64,000 bases of DNA from Terriglobia bacterium (GTDB lineage: Bacteria; Acidobacteriota; Terriglobia; Acidiferrales; UBA7541): the NCBI GenBank assembly GCA_963695545.1, contig OY968796.1, forward strand, positions 1,792,001 to 1,856,000, given 5' to 3'. This document shows, piece by piece, positions 9,929 through 18,836 of this stretch. The notes under the pieces were generated by a model. That model was not told the origin of the DNA. It saw only the letters and a program-made list of their open reading frames with translations, and made no database searches. Each line of letters begins with the position of its first letter. Positions within the stretch are counted from its first letter, which is position 1. A program made the translations under genes and the position numbers.

Positions 9929-10876
9929 GTGGAACACGTCTCACGCTTGTCGACGCACGTGCGCACGGAAATTTCGAAAGTGATCATCGGGCAGCAGGCT
10001 GTGGTGGACCAGCTTTTGCTGGTGGTCCTCTGCGGCGGGCACGCGCTTCTGGAAGGTGTGCCGGGACTCGCGAAAACGCTCGCCGTGAAAACGCTCGCGA
10101 GAATTTGCGGCCTCGGTTTTCAGCGCGTTCAATGCACAGCCGATCTGATGCCCGCCGACGTGATGGGCACGAACATCTTTCACGCCGCCACCGGTGCCTT
10201 CACTCTGCATCGCGGACCGATCTTCACCGATTTGCTGCTCGTCGACGAAATCAATCGCACGCCTCCACGCACGCAAGCGGCGCTGCTGGAAGCCATGGAA
10301 GAGCGCCAGGTGACCATCGACGGAACCCGCCATCCGCTAACGGACAATTTTGCCGTTTTCGCCACGCAGAATCCGGTGGAATTTGAGGGCACCTATCCGC
10401 TGCCCGAAGCGCAGCTCGATCGCTTTCTTCTGAAAATTCGCATCGACTATCCGTCCGCGCCGGAAGAAGCGGAGATTCTCGTGCGTTTCGAGCAGGGATT
10501 CGATCCGGCGCATTTGGATCGCATTCCGCTTGTGCCTCTCGAGGCAGGGTTGCTTTCCGCCGCGCGCAAGGAGCTCGAAAACATTCGCGTCGAACCGACT
10601 CTGCATTCTTACATTGTGACTTTGGTCCGAAGGACACGTGATTGGCCAGCGCTTTCGCTCGGCGCAAGTCCTCGCGCGGCAATCGGGCTTCTCTTCGTGG
10701 CGCGCGCACTGGCCGGCGCGGAGGGCCGAGATTTTCTGATCCCCGACGATATCAAGGCCGCGGCCCTGCCGGTCTTGCGCCACCGTGTTTTGTTGAAGCC
10801 GGAAGCGGAGCTTGAAGGGCTCACGTCCGATCAGGTGGTCGCTGAAATCCTCGCGACGATCGAGGTTCCGAAGTGA
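9929..10876 (+). CDS. moxR: MoxR-family AAA+ ATPase
   Basis: Walker A EGVPGLAKT, DEINRTPPRTQAALLEAMEE, TQNPVEFEGTYPLPEAQLDRF and GASPRA motifs. Confidence 0.96.
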   Translation: MEHVSRLSTHVRTEISKVIIGQQAVVDQLLLVVLCGGHALLEGVPGLAKTLAVKTLARICGLGFQRVQCTADLMPADVMGTNIFHAATGAFTLHRGPIFTDLLLVDEINRTPPRTQAALLEAMEERQVTIDGTRHPLTDNFAVFATQNPVEFEGTYPLPEAQLDRFLLKIRIDYPSAPEEAEILVRFEQGFDPAHLDRIPLVPLEAGLLSAARKELENIRVEPTLHSYIVTLVRRTRDWPALSLGASPRAAIGLLFVARALAGAEGRDFLIPDDIKAAALPVLRHRVLLKPEAELEGLTSDQVVAEILATIEVPK

Positions 10877-12270
10877 CCGAAGCGCTGCCGCTGACGCCGC
10901 CCCCAGCAGTTGCGCGCGCCGGCCCCGTCGGACGCTTCTCGTTCGGATTTGCACCGCGCTTCTTTGTCATGCTTCTGCTCGGATTGGTTTGGCTCGGTCC
11001 GGCGTGGTGGTTTCACCAGTGCATCGAGGCAATGCTTCTGTGGGATGCATTGGCCCTCGCGGTGTGGATTTGGGACTTAGGGCGACTGCCGCGCCCCGAT
11101 CAGGTCGAAGTTCGCCGCATTTGGCGCACGCGGCCCGCTCTCGGAGTTCCGGCCGAGGTGAGCATCGAACTTCAAAATGCAGGGAAGCGCGGATTTCGCG
11201 CGCGCGTTGTCGACGAAACGCCTCTAGCACTGCGTCTCGACCCGCCGTCGATCGAACTCAAGATCCGAGCACACGCCTCCGCGAGCGCGGCCTATCCGAT
11301 TCTTCCGGCCGAGCGCGGCGATGCGCGATTGGGCCGCACCTTTGTCCGCTACCAGAGCGGACTGCGCTTCGCCGAGCGCTGGGCCGTGGCCGCAACGGCG
11401 CAAACGGTTTGCGTTCTCCCGAATCTCGAACAGGCCAAGCGCCATACGCTGCTTCTGATTCGCAGCCGCCAGGTGGAACTCGAAAAGCGGCGGCGCCGCC
11501 AGCGTGGCACCGGTCGCGAGTTCGACGGCCTGCGCGAATATCGCGAAGGCGACGAGCTGCGCGATATTTCCTGGACCGCGACGGCGCGGCGAAATCATCT
11601 GATCACCCGCGTTTTTCAGATCGAGCGAAGCCAGGCCATTTGGCTGGTGCTCGACGCTGGACGATTGCTTCGCGCGCAGGTCGAGGAGCCGGTTCACGGA
11701 CAGCGCTTTTCAAAACTCGATTACTCCGTGAATGCCGCGCTCTCGCTCGCGCAGGTCGCGCTATACCGCGGAGATCGCGTCGGATTGGTGGCCTACGGCC
11801 GCCGCGTGCAGCAGCAGCTGAATGCCGGGCGCGGTCAACACCAACTGCGCGCCATCGTCGAATCTCTGGCGCGCGTTCACGCCGAGCCGAGCGAAGCCGA
11901 CCACGGCCGAGCGGTGCGCGCGCTGCTTCAGGCGCAAAAGCGCCGCGGCCTGATTGTCTGGATCACGGATTTCGCGGAAACGCCGACGATTCCCGAAGTG
12001 ATCGAATTCGCCATGCAAATGGCGCCGCGGCACTTGGTGGTGTTCGCGGCAATGGGCCAGCCGGATTTGGCGAAAGTCGCGCTCACCACGCCGGATTCAA
12101 AAGAGCAGATGTATCGCCACGTGGCGGCTCTCGAGATTTCCGAGCGGCGCGATTTGCTGCTGCGCGGTTTGCGGGAACGCGGCGTGCTGGCGCGCGAATT
12201 GATGCCGGGAATGCTGGCGAGTGCGCTCGTGAATCAATATCTCGAAATCAAAGAGCGCAGCATGCTGTGA
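10873..12270 (+). CDS. DUF58 (vWA-like) protein
   Basis: EFDGLREYREGDELRDISWTATAR, GDRVGL and WITD motifs; GTGA overlap with moxR. Confidence 0.92.
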   Translation: MTEALPLTPPPAVARAGPVGRFSFGFAPRFFVMLLLGLVWLGPAWWFHQCIEAMLLWDALALAVWIWDLGRLPRPDQVEVRRIWRTRPALGVPAEVSIELQNAGKRGFRARVVDETPLALRLDPPSIELKIRAHASASAAYPILPAERGDARLGRTFVRYQSGLRFAERWAVAATAQTVCVLPNLEQAKRHTLLLIRSRQVELEKRRRRQRGTGREFDGLREYREGDELRDISWTATARRNHLITRVFQIERSQAIWLVLDAGRLLRAQVEEPVHGQRFSKLDYSVNAALSLAQVALYRGDRVGLVAYGRRVQQQLNAGRGQHQLRAIVESLARVHAEPSEADHGRAVRALLQAQKRRGLIVWITDFAETPTIPEVIEFAMQMAPRHLVVFAAMGQPDLAKVALTTPDSKEQMYRHVAALEISERRDLLLRGLRERGVLARELMPGMLASALVNQYLEIKERSML

Positions 12271-12278
12271 CGCCGCGC

Positions 12279-13256
12279 TCAGCGCGGCGCGAGCTGCTCT
12301 TGCGGTTCCGGCGATCGGCGCGCGCGGCTCAAGTAGGTGACCAGCGCGGTGAACAACACCGCCGCGAGTAGAAATTTCAGGCGCGCGGGAATCGCCGACG
12401 GCGAAATGAATCCCTCGATGGCGCCCGCCACCAGAAGCATCGGCACCGTGCCGAGCAGTAGCTGGGCCGCGCGACCGCCCGCGCGCGCCAGCGATTCGCG
12501 CCGCGGCAGCAATCCCGGAAACAACATTCCGCGCGCAATTTCAAAACCCGATCCGCCGGCAATGAAAATAGCCGGCAGCTCCAGCACTCCGTGCGGCGCG
12601 ACGAACGTCCATAGTTGCAGCGCCATTCCCGCTTGCCAGGTGGCCGCGCCGACCACGCCGAGCAGCAGCCCGTTCACCGTCAGCAGCCAAATCGTCCAGA
12701 TGCCGGCCGTGATGCCCGACGCAAACATGCTGAACGCCACGATGATGTTATTGGTGAGAATCGCCGAGGCCGCAACCGGCTTGACCGTAACGATCGATTC
12801 GGTCCACATCTTGCGCTGCGCGATCGTATCCATCATTTCCGGACCGAGCACGCGATGCGCGAAGGCCGGATCGTGCAGCGTGATGGCGCACCCGGCGATC
12901 GCCGTGAATGCGGTGATGGCAAACGCGAGCAGCGTAAGCGGAAATGTTTCGCGAAATATACGTGGGTACGTCTGCGTGTAGAAACGCACCAGGCCGCTCA
13001 TTCCGGGCCGCCGTCCCATGTAAATCAGATTGTGCGCGCGGCCCAAAAGCTGATTCAGATAAGTGGCCAGCGGCCGGCTGGTTACATCTTCGCGCGCCGT
13101 CGCCAGATCGGACGCCGCCTGACGATATAATAGTCCCAGCTCCTGCAGCTCGCGATGCTCGAACGCTCGGACGCCGCGTCCTTTGGAGCGATTGACCAGT
13201 TCTTCCAGACGCGACCAATATGGCTTTCGTTTCTCGATCCAGCGCGTAGAGATCAT
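12279..13256 (-). CDS. Stage II sporulation protein M-like (DUF95) membrane protein
   Basis: LYRQAASDLA..R, ILTNN, NG.LLG, PHGVLEL and AGAIEGFISP motifs; start placed at MISTRW (13256). Confidence 0.9.
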   Translation of the reverse strand: MISTRWIEKRKPYWSRLEELVNRSKGRGVRAFEHRELQELGLLYRQAASDLATAREDVTSRPLATYLNQLLGRAHNLIYMGRRPGMSGLVRFYTQTYPRIFRETFPLTLLAFAITAFTAIAGCAITLHDPAFAHRVLGPEMMDTIAQRKMWTESIVTVKPVAASAILTNNIIVAFSMFASGITAGIWTIWLLTVNGLLLGVVGAATWQAGMALQLWTFVAPHGVLELPAIFIAGGSGFEIARGMLFPGLLPRRESLARAGGRAAQLLLGTVPMLLVAGAIEGFISPSAIPARLKFLLAAVLFTALVTYLSRARRSPEPQEQLAPR

Positions 13257-14052
13257 GTCGCAGCCACCAATCGCTCCCGCCCCGACGCCCGGCGATTTCG
13301 CCGAAAAGCTTACCATTGAAACGCCGGAGCAAACGCCGCTGGAATTCGAGATTGCCGGAATCGGCAGCCGGTTTCTGGCGATTGCCATCGACACGCTGAT
13401 TCAAACCGCGGCGGCGGTGATCGTCGGCCTCGCCGGCGCATTGATCTTCATCAGCCTTTTGCGCACGCGCGAACCATCCACGATTTGGCTCGCCGCCATC
13501 CTCATTGTGTTCGCATTTGTGCTTTTTTACGGATACTTCGCAATCTTTGAGGCCATCTGGAACGGTCAGACGCCGGGCAAACGCAGCGTGGGGATTCGCG
13601 TCATCAAGGATTCTGGTCGCCCCATCACGCCGGCGGAGTCGGTTGCGCGCAATTTGCTCCGAATCGTCGATCAGCTTCCGACCCTATACGCGACGGGCGT
13701 CGTGAGCATGCTTCTGAGCAAACAGAACAAGCGCCTGGGCGATTTCGTCGCCGGCACGATCGTCGTGCGCGAAAATTCCCTGGAGAAGGCGCGCCCCGTC
13801 TGGCAGGCGGCGCCGGTAGTGGCGAATATTACGTATGGATCCGAGCGCCTCGGCGCGGAAGAATTCGCGCTCATCGAGGCGTTCTTAAATCGGCGCAATC
13901 AGCTCGAGCCCTACGTGCGCTACCAAATGGCCGCGCAAATCGCCGCGAAAATACAGCCGAAATTGACGATCCCGCAGAGCGAATTGCCGTCGCCCGAAAA
14001 ACTCCTCGAAGCCATCGCCTACGAGCGCCGCGCCACCGGCAGATATTTTTGA
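13255..14052 (+). CDS. RDD-family membrane protein
   Basis: TIETPE, AGIGSRFLA..ID, GQTPGKR, RNLLR.VD and RLGDFVAGT motifs; start placed at ATG 13255. Confidence 0.92.
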   Translation: MSQPPIAPAPTPGDFAEKLTIETPEQTPLEFEIAGIGSRFLAIAIDTLIQTAAAVIVGLAGALIFISLLRTREPSTIWLAAILIVFAFVLFYGYFAIFEAIWNGQTPGKRSVGIRVIKDSGRPITPAESVARNLLRIVDQLPTLYATGVVSMLLSKQNKRLGDFVAGTIVVRENSLEKARPVWQAAPVVANITYGSERLGAEEFALIEAFLNRRNQLEPYVRYQMAAQIAAKIQPKLTIPQSELPSPEKLLEAIAYERRATGRYF

Positions 14053-14106
14053 CGCGAGATTTTCAGGATTGGCCGCGCCGGCGCTGACGCTCGGCGACTC
14101 GGCCGC

Positions 14107-14439
14107 TCATTCGTGAACGTATCGCACAACCTCAACGTCGGAGATCGCGACCAATCCTTCGCCGACCATCGCATCGAGCAGCGGAATCAGCTTCTGGATT
14201 TTCTCGTCCGTATCGATCACGCTCACCATGATCGGCAAATCCGACGAAAACGAAAATAGGTGCGGCCGCCGTATCAGCGTGCTTGCGCCATATCCTTCGA
14301 CGCCGCGCAACACCGTCGCGCCCGCAAGGTCCAGCTCGCGGCATTTCTCCACGATCGCCGTATACAGCGGTTTGCCCTCCCACTTGTCGTTCTCGCCGAA
14401 ATGGATCCGCAGCATCTTGGCCTTGCCTTCGAGCTTCAC
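14107..14439 (-). CDS. DUF190 (PII-like) single-domain protein
   Basis: LRIHFGE.D.W.GKPLY, GATVLRGVEGYG and SDLPI motifs; GTGA overlap with the upstream gene. Confidence 0.9.
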   Translation of the reverse strand: MKLEGKAKMLRIHFGENDKWEGKPLYTAIVEKCRELDLAGATVLRGVEGYGASTLIRRPHLFSFSSDLPIMVSVIDTDEKIQKLIPLLDAMVGEGLVAISDVEVVRYVHE

Positions 14440-15170
14440 GATCGTCCCTCCGCGCGCCGTTCGTCCGAAAAATAATCGTGCGTGTACTTCACGATCTCCA
14501 CGTCCGACAGCACCACGAGCCCCTGCTGAAACATTTCGTCGAGCAGCGGCAGAAACGCGCGCAGCTTTTCTTCCGTTTCCACCACTGAGAGCATAATCGG
14601 CCGATCGTGCGACAAATTCAGTGTCTTGCGCTCGTGCAGTCTGCGGTTCGCGCCGTAGCCCATAATCCCCTCGTACACGGTGACTCCTGCGATGTTATTC
14701 GCGCGCATGCATTCCACCAGCGCTTTGTAAAGCGGCTTATCGTGCCAGCGATCGCTCTCGCCTAGATAAATTCGCATCAATTTGGCGCGGCCCTGGCTTT
14801 TCAAAGATTGATGCGCCACGCCGGCCGCGGCCCCCGCGGAAACTTGCGCGGGCTTTACCACTATGGTGTCTTCGACCTCGATCAGCCCCGTGCCGGCCAT
14901 TTCGGAAAGTTTCGGCAGAAGCTCTTCGACCTTTTCCGGCGTCTCTGTGAACTCAAGCTTGACGGGAAGATTTTCGGTCAGCCGCAGAATGCGCGTCGTG
15001 TGCAAATGATGATCGGCGCCGAAACCCGCGAAGCCTCGCGTGACCGTAGCTCCGGCCACGCCGCGATAAAAAAGAAAATCGAGCACCGCCGAGTATGTCG
15101 GCTGTCCGTGATACTGATGATCTTCTCCCACGTAGATGCTGACTTTCTTTGCGCGTCCTGAATTCAACAT
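14436..15170 (-). CDS. Tandem two-domain DUF190 protein
   Basis: Two repeats of IY.GE...G.TV..G..G(F/Y)GA...(L/R)P joined by an Ala-rich linker. Confidence 0.9.
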   Translation of the reverse strand: MLNSGRAKKVSIYVGEDHQYHGQPTYSAVLDFLFYRGVAGATVTRGFAGFGADHHLHTTRILRLTENLPVKLEFTETPEKVEELLPKLSEMAGTGLIEVEDTIVVKPAQVSAGAAAGVAHQSLKSQGRAKLMRIYLGESDRWHDKPLYKALVECMRANNIAGVTVYEGIMGYGANRRLHERKTLNLSHDRPIMLSVVETEEKLRAFLPLLDEMFQQGLVVLSDVEIVKYTHDYFSDERRAEGRS

Positions 15171-15270
15171 GCTCGCTCCTGCTCCGCGCTTCCGCCGGCC
15201 AGGCGATGTCCCCGGCGGGTTCGCGTTGCGCGGTCCTTATATACACGCTTGCAATAGGATTCCACAGTTC

Positions 15271-15648
15271 TCATGCCAGCGCCCTCCCGGCCACCACTCC
15301 CAGCCACACCGCGGCGAATCCCAGCGTGACGCTCAAAATCACATTCAAAAACGCCACGACGAATTGCCCTTCCTGCATGCTTCGCAGCGTTTCATATTCA
15401 AACGTGGAAAATGTCGTGTACGCGCCGATGAACCCGATCGGAATCAGATACCGCCAATTCGCGCTCCAATGCGCGTTCTCCGCCAGCACCGTGACGATGA
15501 ATCCAATCGCGAACGACCCGCTCACATTGATCACAAACGTTCCGTACGGAAAAAAAGCGCCCAGCTTGTTTCCCACGTATCCACCCAGCCAAAAGCGCGC
15601 GATCGCGCCCAGAAATCCGCCCAGTCCGACCATCAGATATTTCGTCAT
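15271..15648 (-). CDS. crcB: Fluoride efflux channel CrcB/Fluc
   Basis: GGFLGAIARF, FPYGTFVINVSGSF and GFIGAYTTFSTF motifs; 4 TM helices. Confidence 0.97.
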   Translation of the reverse strand: MTKYLMVGLGGFLGAIARFWLGGYVGNKLGAFFPYGTFVINVSGSFAIGFIVTVLAENAHWSANWRYLIPIGFIGAYTTFSTFEYETLRSMQEGQFVVAFLNVILSVTLGFAAVWLGVVAGRALA

Positions 15649-15819
15649 CGCCCGATGCTGCCCTTGTCCTTTCGCAGCGCGAAATAAATGTGCGTTCTCG
15701 CCGGCGAGCGCGCGCTCCGCGCTCGCGGCGAGTCGGCCTCCCCCAAATTTAATCTGTGGATTCTCCTGCTGAGGAGAGTTGCGAGCCTACGCAGAGAAAT
15801 CCTCCAAAAGAGAACCCGC

Positions 15820-15868
15820 GTAGGAGTCATCTGCCCTTTCGGGCGATTTAGGGTGAACCCCAACACCC
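15820..15868 (-). ncRNA. Fluoride riboswitch (crcB motif) aptamer
   Basis: Minus strand reads GGGUG-UU-GGGGUU-CACCC-UAAAUC-GCCC-GAAA-GGGC-AGAU-GACUCC-UAC; P1, P2 and the pseudoknot all pair; lies upstream of crcB. Confidence 0.93.
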
Positions 15869-15890
15869 AAAAATTTTTTGCAACATGAAC

Positions 15891-15896
15891 ATTATA
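15891..15896 (-). promoter_or_regulatory. Candidate -10 box (TATAAT) for the riboswitch-crcB transcript
   Basis: Perfect TATAAT 22 nt upstream of the aptamer; no convincing -35 box. Confidence 0.5.
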
Positions 15897-15989
15897 TCTT
15901 GTTCGCGGCCGCACAGTCGCCAGCGTTTTCGGATAATTTCCGTATCCGGCAACGTCGGCCGCGATTTCCGCGATTGCGAAACGGCTTGA

Positions 15990-17504
15990 TCAATCGCTCG
16001 GCGCCGCAGCCGTCGCCGGCGCGGCGGGCGGCGCCGTGAAGTAGCGGCTCGCGAACGTTATAAATGTCGGCCAGTTCGGCGCCGGCGTGTGTCCGCCAGT
16101 GTGCTGGCGAAAGCCAATGTCGCCCACGATCAGCGCGGTTTCCACCGGCGGAAACACGGTGGTTCCCAAATCTTTCTTGCCGAGCAAATCGTACACGGGT
16201 CCCGCGCCCACGGCGGCCAGAAACGTGCCTTCAGCGTCGGCCCATCCATCTCCTGCGCCCGCGGATCCGCCGCCGATGAAAACTGGACGCGGCGCGCACA
16301 ACGCGATCAGCTCGTGCGCGTCCACCGGCAAATCGTTTGCGGTCAAGGGACCGGCATATTTCAGAAAGTTGCCGGCCATCCAGTGAAATTCGCCCGTGCC
16401 GGCCACATTCTCGAGCAGCTCTCCAAAATTTCGCCTGAAAATCTTGGCGCCACCTGTGCCGGAGGAACTGATGTAAGCGATCGCCAGGCGCGGCTCGTAA
16501 GCCATCGCCACCAGCGCGGCCTTGCCATAGCGCGAATGGCCCGCGATGCCCACCTGCTTCGCGTTCACGGATTTATCGGTCTCGAAATAATCGAGAGCGC
16601 GGCTCGCTCCCCACGCCCACGCGCGCAGCGCGCCCCAATCGTCCAGCTTGCGCGGCTGACCTTTGTTGCAAAGCCCAATAATTCCCTCCGTCAACCCCGC
16701 GCCGTTGTCCGCCTGCACGCTCGTCGGAATCAGGCTGGCATAGCCCCATCCTTTGGCCAGCACCTGTTGCTGCCATGTGGGACCCGTGGGAGCCGGCGGC
16801 GGAGTCCCACCGGCAGCCTGCATACGCTTCGCCATCGCCGCCAGGAATTCCGGGCTCCAGCTCAACTCCATCATCACCGGCACCGGTCCCGTCGCATTGG
16901 CCGGAGTCGATAACTCGAGTTCAATATCCACGCTGATCAGCGGGTACGAAGAATTGTCCACGTGCCCCACAAGTTTCTTGGTGATCACCGGCACGTCGCC
17001 GTTCATCTCTTTCGTCGCGCTGATCACTTCCCAATTTACGCTCGGCGTGTTCGCCGGCACGCGCCCATAAATTTCCCGATCGAAATATTCCACGATTTCC
17101 GGGCGCCGCTTCGTCCACCACACCTTCGCGGTCTTCACTCTCTTTCCGTCATTTAATACCAGCGGATCCGGCAGGCTCGTGTACGGAGTGGCCTTCGATT
17201 CATCCATGTTCGCCGGATGCGCCCCGGTCGGGCTGCCGTCCGCGCCGCGCCGCAGCGCGGTGATGTGCAGCAAATCCATCTCTCGCTGATGCTCCTGCTC
17301 CGCCGTCATTTGCACCGGCGGTGGCAGCGTGCTCGCCGCCTGCGGTTGGTTGGAACCGGATTGTTGTGCGCCGGCCTGCGGCTGCGTATTGGTCTGCGCG
17401 CCGATGGCCACGGCGACGCACACGAGCGCCACAAGCATCGAACCAACCAGTAATTGAACGGATCGCGGTGTGTGAGCCTTACCGCGCGAAGAGCGCTTCC
17501 TCAT
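15990..17504 (-). CDS. CE15 glucuronoyl esterase-like carbohydrate esterase, secreted
   Basis: LPDPL, WGALRAWAWGASRALDY, GHSRYGK nucleophile motif and LPVDAHELIALCAPRP; GGAGG RBS before MRKRSS. Confidence 0.88.
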   Translation of the reverse strand: MRKRSSRGKAHTPRSVQLLVGSMLVALVCVAVAIGAQTNTQPQAGAQQSGSNQPQAASTLPPPVQMTAEQEHQREMDLLHITALRRGADGSPTGAHPANMDESKATPYTSLPDPLVLNDGKRVKTAKVWWTKRRPEIVEYFDREIYGRVPANTPSVNWEVISATKEMNGDVPVITKKLVGHVDNSSYPLISVDIELELSTPANATGPVPVMMELSWSPEFLAAMAKRMQAAGGTPPPAPTGPTWQQQVLAKGWGYASLIPTSVQADNGAGLTEGIIGLCNKGQPRKLDDWGALRAWAWGASRALDYFETDKSVNAKQVGIAGHSRYGKAALVAMAYEPRLAIAYISSSGTGGAKIFRRNFGELLENVAGTGEFHWMAGNFLKYAGPLTANDLPVDAHELIALCAPRPVFIGGGSAGAGDGWADAEGTFLAAVGAGPVYDLLGKKDLGTTVFPPVETALIVGDIGFRQHTGGHTPAPNWPTFITFASRYFTAPPAAPATAAAPSD

Positions 17505-17653
17505 GGTTTCCTCCCGGAACTTCATCTGCCAATGCAGACCGGAGCGCAGCCTACTCCAATGTTTCTTCGCGATTCAAGCTCATTCAGGATATGGGAAAAA
17601 CAAAATGCGCTCGCCAACCCGTGGCATTCTCCCACGATCGTCCCCGCTCGCCA

Positions 17654-18697
17654 TTATTTCGCCGCTGCACCCGGCACCGGCAACGGAATTCGCTCCATGA
17701 ACTGCCGCTGGTGCCAATACGGATACGCCGCCGCGGTTTCGCTCGCGGCGTCGAGCGTCGCGATCTGCTCTGCCGTCAAATTCCACCCGGCGCTCGCCAG
17801 ATTTTGCCGCAGTTGCTCTTCGTTGCGCGCGCCCAGAATCACGCTCGATACCGTCGGCCGCTGCAGCAACCAATTCACCGAGATTTGCGGCACGCTTTTC
17901 CCCGTTTCTTTCGCGACCGTATCGATCGCATCCACCACCTTGTGCAAATAATCCTCCGGCACCTGCGGACCCATATCGGCCGTCTTATGCAGCCGGCTCT
18001 GCGCAGGCAGAGGTTGTCCTCTCCGAATTTTCCCGGTCAAGCGGCCCCACCCCAGTGGACTCCAAACCAGCGCGCCAACTTTTTGATCGATCCCCAGCGG
18101 CATCAACTCCCACTCATACTCCCGCCCGATCAGCGAGTAATAAACTTGATGCGCCACGTACCTGGCCCACCCATATCTCTGCGAGATCCCAAGCGACTTC
18201 ATCAAATGCCAGCCGGAAAAATTCGAGCACGCGATGTAGCGCACCTTCCCCGAACGCACCAGCGTGTCGAGCGTCTCGATTGTCTCGTCGACCGGCGTCA
18301 GCTCATCGAATCCGTGCATGTGATAGATGTCAATGTAGTCCGTGCCCAGCCGCCGCAGGCTGGCCTCGCATGCTTTCAAAATGTGATAACGCGAAGAACC
18401 CGCGTCGTTCGGCCCCTTCCCGAAGCGAAAAGTCGTTTTCGTCGAGATCAGCAGCTCGTGCCGTTTTCCCTGCACGGCTTTGCCCAGAATCTCTTCCGAC
18501 AGGCCGTAAGAGTAGATATCGGCCGTGTCGAACAGATTGACGCCGGCTTCCACGCAGATATCGATCAACCGCTTGGCTTCCTCCACGTCCGTTTGGCCCC
18601 ACGCGCGGAAAAATTCGCTTCCGCCGCCGAACGTGCCCGTGCCCAAACTGAGCGCCGATACTTTCAGTCCCGAATGCCCAAGCAGTCTGTATTCCAT
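17654..18697 (-). CDS. Aldo/keto reductase
   Basis: LGHSGLKVS.L.LG, FDTADIYS.G.SEEILG, ISTK, SLRRLGTDYID and WSPLGWG motifs. Confidence 0.95.
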   Translation of the reverse strand: MEYRLLGHSGLKVSALSLGTGTFGGGSEFFRAWGQTDVEEAKRLIDICVEAGVNLFDTADIYSYGLSEEILGKAVQGKRHELLISTKTTFRFGKGPNDAGSSRYHILKACEASLRRLGTDYIDIYHMHGFDELTPVDETIETLDTLVRSGKVRYIACSNFSGWHLMKSLGISQRYGWARYVAHQVYYSLIGREYEWELMPLGIDQKVGALVWSPLGWGRLTGKIRRGQPLPAQSRLHKTADMGPQVPEDYLHKVVDAIDTVAKETGKSVPQISVNWLLQRPTVSSVILGARNEEQLRQNLASAGWNLTAEQIATLDAASETAAAYPYWHQRQFMERIPLPVPGAAAK

Positions 18698-18836
18698 GGC
18701 CGTTTGCCGCTCCTTTTCCACACGAATTCCAGCAATTATGGAGCGCCGGCCGTTTTCCGTCGACCCTTAAGATGCGCCGCGACCAGGACTTATTTTTCGA
18801 CACCGGCGAGTCCGGGCAGTGCCCTGTGGAAATTAA

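Noticed and set aside
10812..12371. 519-aa Arg/Ala-rich ORF, and similar long ORFs at 17321-18856, 36076-37467 and 51036-52619
   Set aside because: Alternative-frame or antisense shadows of well-supported genes.
12279..13256. Sporulation role for the SpoIIM-like gene
   Set aside because: The family is widespread in non-sporulating bacteria, and the context (TonB-dependent receptors, secretin) indicates a diderm.
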